Shown here: in pieces, positions 8,371-16,458 of the stretch
Position numbering within the stretch: the first letter of the stretch is position 1
Layout: each line of letters starts with the position of its first letter
Virus record (IMG/VR): IMGVR_UViG_3300032299_000385
Span: 1 to 27,473 of that record
DNA length: 27,473 nucleotides
From: a virus
Lineage: Duplodnaviria > Caudoviricetes
Direction: 5' to 3' (one strand)
Position numbers and translations under genes: made by a program
Notes under the pieces: generated by a model
What the model was told of the DNA's origin: nothing
Database searches by the model: none
What the model saw: only the letters and a program-made list of their open reading frames with translations

Positions 8371-10440
8371 ATGAGCACTCGCTACCCCGGCGGCTTGATC
8401 ACTAAAAGCCCGGTAATTCCGACTACCACATCCGCTCCGGGTATCTGGACGCTTGAGCAAGCCCTCCAATACATCAAGGCTGGCACGTGGCCCGGAATCT
8501 TGACGCCTGACCCCTTCTTTGAGTACGTCACCATGCTCTTGCCCGGTAATGGCACGAATGGTGGGCAGAACAATACGTTCCTAGACTCCTCGACCAACAA
8601 CTTCACCATTACCCGTAATGGCAATACTACGCAGGGTACGTTTAGCCCTTATGGTAGTAACTGGTCTAACTACTTTGGCGGTGTTTCTGGCAACTATTTG
8701 GCTCCGCAGTCGGCTACTAGTTCTGTTGCGTTTGGAACCGGCAACTTCACTTTTGAATGTTGGCTGAATGCAGATTCAACGTCAGGCAACAATTTTGTCT
8801 TAGATGCTAGGTCTTCGGGCACTCAAAACAATCTATGTTTATTGATTCAAAACGGTTCATGGTTATGGCAGTACGCCGGTTCTAATATTATCTCAACATC
8901 ATCTGGGATGATTACTGTTGGAACTTGGAACCACGTTGCATTTGTCCGCAACAGCGGAACCTTGTCGCTATATGTCAATGGTTCTTTAATCACTAGCGTT
9001 TCTGACAGCACGAACTATGCTGCAGCAGCGGCTGCTGGTCGCCCCGGAATCGCGGGTGGTGGATTCAACACTACAGAAATCTTTAAGGGCTACATCAGCA
9101 ACCTCCGTATTGTAGTCGGCACCGCCGTCTACACTTCGGCATTCACGCCCTCGACCACTCCGTTCACTGCCATTTCCGGTACCAGCTTGCTGACCTGCCA
9201 ATCTAATCGTTTTAGGGATGCCAGCACTAACAACTTTGCCATCACGGTCAACGGCAATACGTCCGTACAACGCTTCAGCCCGTTCAACCCTACTGCTTCT
9301 TACGACACGGCAACGATTGGCGGGAGTGGGTACTTTGATGGTAGTGGGGATTACTTAGCGGTAGCAAACTCTTCTGCGTTTGCTTTTGGTACTGGTAATT
9401 TTACTGTTGAGTTTTGGGTATACGCAAACTCAAGCAGCACAACACACGGATTGGTTGCGTCGGACCAATCCGGAGGATATTGGGCATCTGTAATTTTTAG
9501 CGGAACATTATATTGGCAAAGCGTTAATGGCTCAACAAATCTTTTAAGCACAAGTTATTCAAACTATTACAATCAATGGACTCATGTAGCGTTTGTTAGA
9601 AATAGTGGCACTACAAAAATGTATTTGAACGGTGTCGAAACAGCCTCAGCCGCAGACTCTAACAATTACACAGCCACCGCAGGAAACATAGACATTGGTA
9701 GAGACGCTGATAACAGTGCTCTTTTGACTGGATATATCTCAAACCTCCGCATCGTCAAAGGCACGGCCGTTTACACCTCAGCCTTCACGCCTCCGACTGC
9801 TCCTGTAACCGCAATCACCAATACCTCCCTACTCACCAACTTCACCAACGGCTCCATCATTGATAACGCAATGATGAACGACCTCGAAACCGTTGGTAAC
9901 GCGCAAATCAGCACCAGCGTGAGTAAGTTTGGTGGCGGGTCGATGGCGTTTGATGGGACGGGGGATTACTTGGTTTCGAGCAACACACCAAACATAACTT
10001 TGGGTTCTGGCAATTGGACTATGGAGTGTTGGATTTACTCCACAGACACAGGCGGCGTTAAAACAATTACAGCCAAAGGTTTTGCGACTAATGGTGGATT
10101 TTTATGGTGGGTACAAAGCGGAGAATTGCGAATCAGGCTCTACGACACTAGTGGGGGGCAAGTAAACATTGCTTCCGCAGTAGTAATTAACGCTAATACT
10201 TGGTACCACGTTGCGGCAGTAAGAAATGCAAACACAGTAACACTGTATGTTAACGGAACATCAGTAGCAAGCGACACATTTACAAGTGCGTTGACGTCCG
10301 CGAGTAATTTTGAAATAGCTGCGTATAACGGCGGCACAGGTAATTTTCAGGGTTACATCGACGACCTCCGCATCACTAAGGGCTACGCCCGATACACATC
10401 CAACTTCACCCCGCCGACTGCGGCGTTCCCGACTCTCTGA
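8371..10440 (+). CDS. Concanavalin A-like/LamG triple-domain receptor-binding or decoration protein
   Basis: 689 aa; three repeats of FGTGNFT.E.W...W.HVA.VR......LYVNG...GYIS/DxLRI..G.A.YT..FTP; GGAG upstream. Confidence 0.9.
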   Translation: MSTRYPGGLITKSPVIPTTTSAPGIWTLEQALQYIKAGTWPGILTPDPFFEYVTMLLPGNGTNGGQNNTFLDSSTNNFTITRNGNTTQGTFSPYGSNWSNYFGGVSGNYLAPQSATSSVAFGTGNFTFECWLNADSTSGNNFVLDARSSGTQNNLCLLIQNGSWLWQYAGSNIISTSSGMITVGTWNHVAFVRNSGTLSLYVNGSLITSVSDSTNYAAAAAAGRPGIAGGGFNTTEIFKGYISNLRIVVGTAVYTSAFTPSTTPFTAISGTSLLTCQSNRFRDASTNNFAITVNGNTSVQRFSPFNPTASYDTATIGGSGYFDGSGDYLAVANSSAFAFGTGNFTVEFWVYANSSSTTHGLVASDQSGGYWASVIFSGTLYWQSVNGSTNLLSTSYSNYYNQWTHVAFVRNSGTTKMYLNGVETASAADSNNYTATAGNIDIGRDADNSALLTGYISNLRIVKGTAVYTSAFTPPTAPVTAITNTSLLTNFTNGSIIDNAMMNDLETVGNAQISTSVSKFGGGSMAFDGTGDYLVSSNTPNITLGSGNWTMECWIYSTDTGGVKTITAKGFATNGGFLWWVQSGELRIRLYDTSGGQVNIASAVVINANTWYHVAAVRNANTVTLYVNGTSVASDTFTSALTSASNFEIAAYNGGTGNFQGYIDDLRITKGYARYTSNFTPPTAAFPTL

Positions 10441-10448
10441 GGCTAATC

Positions 10449-10763
10449 ATGCTCTACTCAAAACTAGGTTCTATCCCCAAGCCTGAGACTGACGGTACAG
10501 AAGGTTGGATTGAAGTGCCGGAGCCTCCGGTTGCTCCAGAGGGCAAGGAGGTTATCTGGTGGTATCCGCCCGGTTGGGTTGTGCGTGATCCGAAGCCGGA
10601 AGGTGATTGGAACTGGAGCCAGTCCGAGGAAGCGTGGGTTGAAAGCGAGGTGGTTGATTCTGTGTTTACCAGCACGGAAGAATTTGTCTCCGTTGCATCT
10701 GCTAGTGCTGCCTTTGGCACTGCAGGTCCATCTATTAACCTTTATTCCGCAGGTGAGTTATGA
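10449..10763 (+). CDS. Small acidic Pro/Trp-rich protein, putative fibre chaperone
   Basis: 104 aa; GAGG upstream; PKPEGDWNWSQSEEAWVE resembles the C-terminal motif of 7999..8367; ATGA overlap downstream. Confidence 0.65.
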   Translation: MLYSKLGSIPKPETDGTEGWIEVPEPPVAPEGKEVIWWYPPGWVVRDPKPEGDWNWSQSEEAWVESEVVDSVFTSTEEFVSVASASAAFGTAGPSINLYSAGEL

Positions 10764-11077
10764 GTCAGGAAACTGAAATCGTCCTACTGACCCACAAGGT
10801 AGAGTCTCTTCACGAAGACATGGGCGAGATGAAAATTGTAATGCGTGACGTAGCGAACGCATTGACCAAACTTGCTTTGATTGATGAGAGACAGGCCAAT
10901 ATGCTTGAGGCTCAGGAACGGATCTTCAATCTGATTGAGCGATTGGACAACCGTGTAGATGATCTTGAGAAAGAAGATGGCAAGCAATCCTTAGCTACCG
11001 GCTGGGTGTACGCCGCGGTTTGGGGTGCTGCCGGGCTTCTAGCGATGTATGTCGCCAAGATGCTAGGGCTGGTATGA
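10760..11077 (+). CDS. Holin candidate (coiled coil plus a single C-terminal TM helix)
   Basis: 105 aa; heptad-rich N-terminus, hydrophobic WVYAAVWGAAGLLAMYVA; immediately upstream of and ATGA-coupled to the lysozyme. Confidence 0.6.
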   Translation: MSQETEIVLLTHKVESLHEDMGEMKIVMRDVANALTKLALIDERQANMLEAQERIFNLIERLDNRVDDLEKEDGKQSLATGWVYAAVWGAAGLLAMYVAKMLGLV

Positions 11078-11526
11078 GGATTCAAGTCGCCGCGCTTGGG
11101 TTATCGGCAGCGGCACTAGTAGGTATTGCTGTTCAAGAAGGATATAGAGGGGAAGCATATGAGCCGGTTAAAGGCGATGTACCAACGATTGGTTTCGGAA
11201 CTACAGAAGGCGTGGAAATGGGTGATCGAATCACTCCGGAGCGTGCGCTAGTACGTTTGCTAAAAGATGCAAACAAGTTTGAGAAAGCCGTAAAGCGTTG
11301 TGCGCCAGTACCCATGTATCAATATGAGTTCGACGCCTACGTCTCTCTAACTTACAATATCGGTGAAGGTGCTTTTTGTAAGAGCACGCTAGTCAAGAGA
11401 TTAAATGCCCAAGACTACAAAGGCGCGTGTCAAGAAATTCTCAAGTGGGACAAGTTCAAGGGTAAATCACTACCGGGGCTGACCAAGCGCAGGCAAGAGG
11501 AGTATCAGAAATGCTTGGGATCTTGA
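11074..11526 (+). CDS. Endolysin, GH24 phage lysozyme with an N-terminal SAR-like domain
   Basis: Likely start is ATG 11074 (150 aa): MRIQVAALGLSAAALVGIAVQ-EG...PTIGFGTT; QYEFDAYVSLTYNIG; STLVKRLN; LPGLTKRR..E. Confidence 0.92.
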   Translation: MRIQVAALGLSAAALVGIAVQEGYRGEAYEPVKGDVPTIGFGTTEGVEMGDRITPERALVRLLKDANKFEKAVKRCAPVPMYQYEFDAYVSLTYNIGEGAFCKSTLVKRLNAQDYKGACQEILKWDKFKGKSLPGLTKRRQEEYQKCLGS

Positions 11527-11990
11527 TGAACCGTTGGGTATTGGGCGGACTGGCCGGGCTTGTGATGCTCGGCTTTTCATTTTGGAAGGGTTATACGTCT
11601 GGCAAAGACGTTATCCAGCAGAAGTGGGATGCTGAGAAGGTTGTTTTGGAACGTGAGGCTCAAGAGGCAAAAGATCAGGCCCGCGAAGCAGAACGCAGCA
11701 TGCAGAAGGAAGTCAACCGCATTCAGAGGGAGAAGCACGATGCTGTTAAGGTTGCTAATTCTAAGTACCGCACTCTCGTTGACAGCCTGCGCAACCGTCC
11801 AGAAATCCGTGCCACCGACGCAATGCCCAGCAGTACCGGAGATGTTGTTGGATGCACCGGAGCGCAACTGGCTAGACCAGATGCAGAATTTCTTGCAGGG
11901 TACGCTGCCGACGCCGAAAGACTCCAAGCAGCCTACAACTCCTGCCGACAAGCCTACGAGGTGATTTATGGGCAGCGCCGTCAAGACTGA
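11526..11990 (+). CDS. i-spanin (Rz-like)
   Basis: TGATG overlap with the endolysin stop (alternative ATG 11511); N-terminal TM helix (WVLGGLAGLVMLGFSFW), long coiled coil, two C-terminal-region Cys. Confidence 0.85.
   Translation: MNRWVLGGLAGLVMLGFSFWKGYTSGKDVIQQKWDAEKVVLEREAQEAKDQAREAERSMQKEVNRIQREKHDAVKVANSKYRTLVDSLRNRPEIRATDAMPSSTGDVVGCTGAQLARPDAEFLAGYAADAERLQAAYNSCRQAYEVIYGQRRQD
11740..11964 (+). CDS. o-spanin (Rz1-like outer-membrane lipoprotein), embedded in the +1 frame of the i-spanin
   Basis: 74 aa from ATG 11740 with purine-rich GAGGGAGAAG upstream; signal peptide MLLRLLILSTALS-LTA|C (lipobox Cys17); Pro-rich mature part with a second Cys. Confidence 0.85.
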   Translation: MLLRLLILSTALSLTACATVQKSVPPTQCPAVPEMLLDAPERNWLDQMQNFLQGTLPTPKDSKQPTTPADKPTR

Positions 11991-12375
11991 TCCGAGCAAG
12001 TGGAAACGCATCGTCGCCTCAGTGAAGGCGTCTGGTAAGGGAGGCTCTCCGGGGCAGTGGAGTGCTCGTAAGGCCCAACTAGCCACCCAGAAGTACAAAT
12101 CGTCTGGAGGCGGTTATAAGGGGCCCAAGAAGGCAGATAACAGCCTCTCTCAGTGGTCCAAACAGGACTGGGGTACGAAGTCAGGAAAGCCGTCTACTCA
12201 AGGCTCTGAGGCCACCGGTGAACGGTATCTGCCGAAGAAGGCAATTGAGTCGCTTTCGCCCTCGGAATATGCTGCTACTACACGCGCAAAACGCGAAGGC
12301 AAGGCGCAAGGCAAGCAGTTTGTGTCCCAACCTGAGAAAATAGCCAAGAAGACTGCCAAATACAGGAGTTGGTAA
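11968..12375 (+). CDS. Highly basic phage protein, DUF5872-like
   Basis: 135 aa; GQWSARKAQL..QKYK..GGGYKG, SL.QW.KQDWGTKSGKPS, GERYLPKKA (family recalled from memory). Confidence 0.75.
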   Translation: MGSAVKTDPSKWKRIVASVKASGKGGSPGQWSARKAQLATQKYKSSGGGYKGPKKADNSLSQWSKQDWGTKSGKPSTQGSEATGERYLPKKAIESLSPSEYAATTRAKREGKAQGKQFVSQPEKIAKKTAKYRSW

Positions 12376-13010
12376 TGACCGTTGCGGCTGTTCAAACCTA
12401 CGATTCTTTGGTCGACGACATCTCCACCTATTTGGAGCGTACTGATCAGGCAACGCTGGATAAGATTCCGACCTTCATTATGTTGGCGGAGCAGGTTATT
12501 GCCGCCGAGATTAAGTTTCTGGGTAACCGTGTTGTGATGAATAGCAACATGGTTCAAGGGCAGGATGTGATTGATAAGCCCGCTCGTTGGCACAAGACGG
12601 TGTCAATGAACGTCACGGTGGCCGGGGAGAAGCAGTCAATTTTTTTGCGACCGTATGAATATTTGCGCACGTACTGGCCGGATGCGACTCAGACTGGCGT
12701 GCCCGAATACTACGCAGACTACGACTACACCCACTGGCTGGTGGTGCCGACGCCGGCTAGTAACTATGCCTTTGAGGTGACGTACTACGAGCGCATCCAG
12801 CCGCTGGACTCGTCCAATCAAACCAACTGGTTCACCATCTACGCGCCGCAGGCCCTGCTGTACGGATCGCTGCTACAAGCCATGCCGTTCCTGAAGAACG
12901 ACGAGCGTATGCAGATGTGGCAGGCGCAGTACACAAACATCATGAACGTCCTGAAGGCAGAGGATGTTTCTCGTATCGGTGACCGTCAGACTGTTGTGAG
13001 GGATTCATGA
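12375..13010 (+). CDS. Putative head-tail adaptor / tail tubular protein A-like
   Basis: ATG 12375 (TAATG overlap, AGGAG upstream); TYDSL...I.TYLER...IPTFIMLAE, GVPEYYA, VPTP, TNW...APQALLYGSLLQAMPFLKNDER..W. Confidence 0.75.
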   Translation: MTVAAVQTYDSLVDDISTYLERTDQATLDKIPTFIMLAEQVIAAEIKFLGNRVVMNSNMVQGQDVIDKPARWHKTVSMNVTVAGEKQSIFLRPYEYLRTYWPDATQTGVPEYYADYDYTHWLVVPTPASNYAFEVTYYERIQPLDSSNQTNWFTIYAPQALLYGSLLQAMPFLKNDERMQMWQAQYTNIMNVLKAEDVSRIGDRQTVVRDS

Positions 13011-14263
13011 GCTACAACTCGCCATTTACCGGGAATGTCATCCAGCCGACGGACGTCTCGTATCGAGCGATTACCCTGACGGCTAACACTCAGCTTGAGT
13101 GGCCGATTAACGGCAACGCTACGGATGACTACGCTGCCCGCATCATGCAGGTGACGGCGTCGTCTGCCGGTCTTCAGCTTCGTATGCCTCCTGCCAATCA
13201 GACGTCGGTGGGTAACGATGCCTTGATTCGCAACGTGGGCGCTAATAGCTTCACGGTGAGGGACTACGACGGCACCAATACGATCATCACGATAGCTCCG
13301 GGTGAGACGAAGTACATCTACATCACCACGAATGCGAATCCTCAAGGCACTTGGGGCAACATCGCTTTTGGTGTGGGTTCCTCAAGCGCGGATGCGGCAA
13401 CTCTGGCGGGCTACGGTCTTCTCGCTGTTACGACTACGCTCAACCAATCTCACCCGGTTACGACGTTCGCTACTGATGCCACCGCGGACGGCACCTACCG
13501 TGCGCAGACGTATGTGTGGACTGGCGGTGCAGGGACGTTGACCCTGACGTCGGCGTCGACGCTGGGTAACAACTGGTTCATGATGGTCCGTAACAGCGGG
13601 ACTGGAGCCCTTACGATTGCCGGATCTGGCGGCAACTTGATTAACGGGTCGGCCTCGATTGTTCTGCAGCCAACAGACTCTGCATTTGTGGTCTGTAGTG
13701 GCACGACGTTCTACACGGTGGGTCTGGGTAAGTCGACGCAGTTCAACTTCACTCAGTTGACCAAGGCGGTGACGATTGGGTCTTACACCCTAACGACCTC
13801 GGAAGCCTCAAACGTCATCCAGAAGTACACCGGGACCTTGACGGGCAATGTGACCATCATTGTTCCGCCGACGGTGCAGGTGTACTACATCATCAATGAC
13901 ACGGTCGGTGGGGTTAGTAACTACACCGTGACTATCTCTACTGGGTTGGGTGGCACTGCAACCATTACGGCAGGTAATCAGGCCACGCTGATCTGTGACT
14001 CGGTCAACCTGTTCAACGCGAACACGATTCTGGCCGGTACTGCCAACATCAGTTTGGATGACGGCTCTGTCGGATCGCCTTCTCTGAAGTTTGCTAGCGA
14101 GACGTCGACCGGTATCTACCGTAGCGCCGCTGGGCAGTTTGATATTGCAATCCTTGGGGTGAATCGTCTGGCTCTTACGGCGACTGGGGTGACAATCGCC
14201 GGTAGCGTAACTGCGACGACTGGCACCTTCACTGGCGGTGTATCGGGTGGGACGTTTACATGA
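13007..14263 (+). CDS. Tail structural / fibre-base protein
   Basis: 418 aa; three beta-rich repeats (LxMPPA...IRN; LTL...NWFMMVRN; IVPP...YYIIN), then DGSVGSPSLKF..ETSTGIYR fibre motif; ATGA overlaps on both sides. Confidence 0.7.
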   Translation: MSYNSPFTGNVIQPTDVSYRAITLTANTQLEWPINGNATDDYAARIMQVTASSAGLQLRMPPANQTSVGNDALIRNVGANSFTVRDYDGTNTIITIAPGETKYIYITTNANPQGTWGNIAFGVGSSSADAATLAGYGLLAVTTTLNQSHPVTTFATDATADGTYRAQTYVWTGGAGTLTLTSASTLGNNWFMMVRNSGTGALTIAGSGGNLINGSASIVLQPTDSAFVVCSGTTFYTVGLGKSTQFNFTQLTKAVTIGSYTLTTSEASNVIQKYTGTLTGNVTIIVPPTVQVYYIINDTVGGVSNYTVTISTGLGGTATITAGNQATLICDSVNLFNANTILAGTANISLDDGSVGSPSLKFASETSTGIYRSAAGQFDIAILGVNRLALTATGVTIAGSVTATTGTFTGGVSGGTFT

Positions 14264-16458
14264 CCGCTAAGGTTTTTGCCCTAGATACCAAGGCTGGCAT
14301 CCAGCGCGACGGGACCATCTTTGACAAAGAGTTTTACAACGATGGTCAGTGGGTGCGCTTTCAGCGTGGTCGCCCGCGGAAGATGGGTGGCTACAGTCTG
14401 ATCACGAATGACCTGAACGGTCCTTCTCGGGGGATCTGGGTCAATGCTCTGAACGCCATCAACTATGTGTACAGCGGCTATTCGGCTGGTCTGCAGGTTC
14501 TGCAGATTGACGACAACGGTATCGGTGCCGGGGTATCTGACTTGACTCTGTCGAACTTCACCGCGTCGAATCTGAACCTGTGGCAGATGGATGCCCTGTA
14601 TGACGTAGGCGGTGGAGACCAAGCCCTGCTGGCTCACCCGGGGCAGAACCTTGCTGCAATCGACAGTGAGGCCAACACTCCTGTCCTAATCGGTGACATC
14701 ACCGGCACGACGATGAGTCAGATTGGTGTCTTTACCGACACCATTACGGCCACCGGCACAACGACCGTCACAATTGCCGCCGCCAATCCTTTGATCGGCG
14801 CAGGACAAACTGTGACCGGCACTGGGATTCCGGCTAATACAACCGTTGTCTCCGTCTCCACGACGACCGTAGTCCTATCTAACGCAGTGCCGGCGTCGAC
14901 GGTGGTGGCCACGTTCAACAACAACGTCTCTGTGTCCGGTGGAGTCGTCTCTCTGCATCCGTATGTGTTCGTCTACGGTAACGATGGTCTCATCCGGAAC
15001 TGTTCTGCGGGTAATCCCAGCGACTGGGTGTCAGCAGACGCTAATGAGGTCAATGTGGCCTCTGGGAAGATTGTCCAAGGGCTACCTGTCAGAGGCGGCT
15101 CTAACGCGCCTTCTGGGCTCTTCTGGAGCCTCGATAGCCTGATTCGCGTTAGCTATGTGGGTGGGACGGGAAGCCCGCCTCAGTTCTGGCGCTACGACAT
15201 CATCACTAGTCAGTCTTCGATCCTGTCGTCGCAGTGTGCGATTGAGTACGACGGCATCTACTACTGGATCGGCGTGGATCGATTCCTTCTGTACAACGGT
15301 ACGGTCAAAGAGATTCCGAATCCGATGAATCAGAACTACTTCTTTGACAACCTAAATTACAACCAGCGTCAGAAGGTCTGGGCGACCAAAGTTCCCCGGT
15401 ACGGTGAGATCTGGTGGTTCTACCCTCGAGGAGATGCCACCGAGTGTACTGACGCCATCATCTACAACGTGCGTGAGCAGACTTGGTATGACGCTGGCTC
15501 CGCTCCGGGCGCTCGTCGGTCTGCCGGGTTCTTCTCTCAGGTCTTTAGTCGACCGATTGAAGCCGGCTGGGAGCCCACCGTTGAAGAGACTGTGACCACT
15601 GGGTCCTATGTATTGACCAGTGGAAGAGCCTTCGTCTACTCCGATACCTACAACATGTCTGTTGGGCTGGGACAATTGATCTCCGGGACTGGTGTCCCCG
15701 CAGGGGCATCTGTGATTGGCGTGACCTCGAGTGCGATCAAAACCCTCGGGGCTATCACTGGTGGGTCTGGATACGTCAACGCTACATATACCAACGTCCC
15801 CCTCACTGGCGGCTCTGGGGCTGCAGCGACGGCGAATATCACGGTGTCTGGCGGCGCAGTGACTACGGTGACGATTGTGTTCCGCGGCTATGCGTATGTG
15901 GTCGGTGATGTATTGAGTGCCAGCAATACCAATCTGGGCGGCACTGGTGCCGGCTTCTCAATCCCGGTCAGTGCTATCTATGCTCAAGCGATCCAGATGT
16001 CGGGGAATGCTTCATCGTCTGGCACTGAAACCCTGACGTTCTCTACTGAAGGTGGGTTGGTGAAGATCTACCAACACGAGATTGGTACCGATGCAATCGA
16101 GGGTCAGAACGTAGAGGCCATCCTCAGTTACTTTGAGACCAACGATCTGGGTTGGGTGTCTGGTGGGCCGTCTCAGCCGTCTCCAATGGGTGAGAACAAG
16201 TGGCTGCGTCTTGAGCGTGTAGAGCCAGACTTCCTCCAATCGGAGAACATGGAGTTGTACATCACTGGTCGACCGTATGCGCAGTCTGATGATGAGACGA
16301 CTGGGCCTTACACGTTCACCCCGACGACGAATAAAATTGACATGAAGGAGCAGCGGCGCGAACTGCGAATCAAGTTTGTGTCGAACGTGGCTGGTGGTGA
16401 TTACCAGTTGGGCCGCCTTCTGTTGAACGCCGACTTCGGGGATGTCCGTGGTTACTAA
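14260..16458 (+). CDS. Putative tail nozzle / tubular protein B-like with inserted T/G-rich beta domains
   Basis: 732 aa; GQWVRFQRGRPRKMGG start, propeller-like YYWIGVDRFLLYNG and EIWWFYP...IIYNVREQTWY; sits between the adaptor and the ejection genes. Confidence 0.7.
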   Translation: MTAKVFALDTKAGIQRDGTIFDKEFYNDGQWVRFQRGRPRKMGGYSLITNDLNGPSRGIWVNALNAINYVYSGYSAGLQVLQIDDNGIGAGVSDLTLSNFTASNLNLWQMDALYDVGGGDQALLAHPGQNLAAIDSEANTPVLIGDITGTTMSQIGVFTDTITATGTTTVTIAAANPLIGAGQTVTGTGIPANTTVVSVSTTTVVLSNAVPASTVVATFNNNVSVSGGVVSLHPYVFVYGNDGLIRNCSAGNPSDWVSADANEVNVASGKIVQGLPVRGGSNAPSGLFWSLDSLIRVSYVGGTGSPPQFWRYDIITSQSSILSSQCAIEYDGIYYWIGVDRFLLYNGTVKEIPNPMNQNYFFDNLNYNQRQKVWATKVPRYGEIWWFYPRGDATECTDAIIYNVREQTWYDAGSAPGARRSAGFFSQVFSRPIEAGWEPTVEETVTTGSYVLTSGRAFVYSDTYNMSVGLGQLISGTGVPAGASVIGVTSSAIKTLGAITGGSGYVNATYTNVPLTGGSGAAATANITVSGGAVTTVTIVFRGYAYVVGDVLSASNTNLGGTGAGFSIPVSAIYAQAIQMSGNASSSGTETLTFSTEGGLVKIYQHEIGTDAIEGQNVEAILSYFETNDLGWVSGGPSQPSPMGENKWLRLERVEPDFLQSENMELYITGRPYAQSDDETTGPYTFTPTTNKIDMKEQRRELRIKFVSNVAGGDYQLGRLLLNADFGDVRGY

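Noticed and set aside
5602-10440. Diversity-generating retroelement (TR/VR pair) among the adhesin repeats
   Set aside because: Repeat copies differ at all four bases and mainly at synonymous sites, not at adenines only; there is no reverse transcriptase in the window.
11020-11073. Longer endolysin start given by the ORF track; likewise 11629 for the o-spanin and 7153, 12369, 25047 for other genes
   Set aside because: Downstream ATGs give stop/start coupling or an RBS, and place the SAR or lipoprotein signal at the N-terminus.
11577-12593. Minus-strand ORFs of 173, 90 and 131 aa over the spanin and adaptor genes
   Set aside because: They overlap established + strand genes (already double-coded at the spanins) and have no supporting features.
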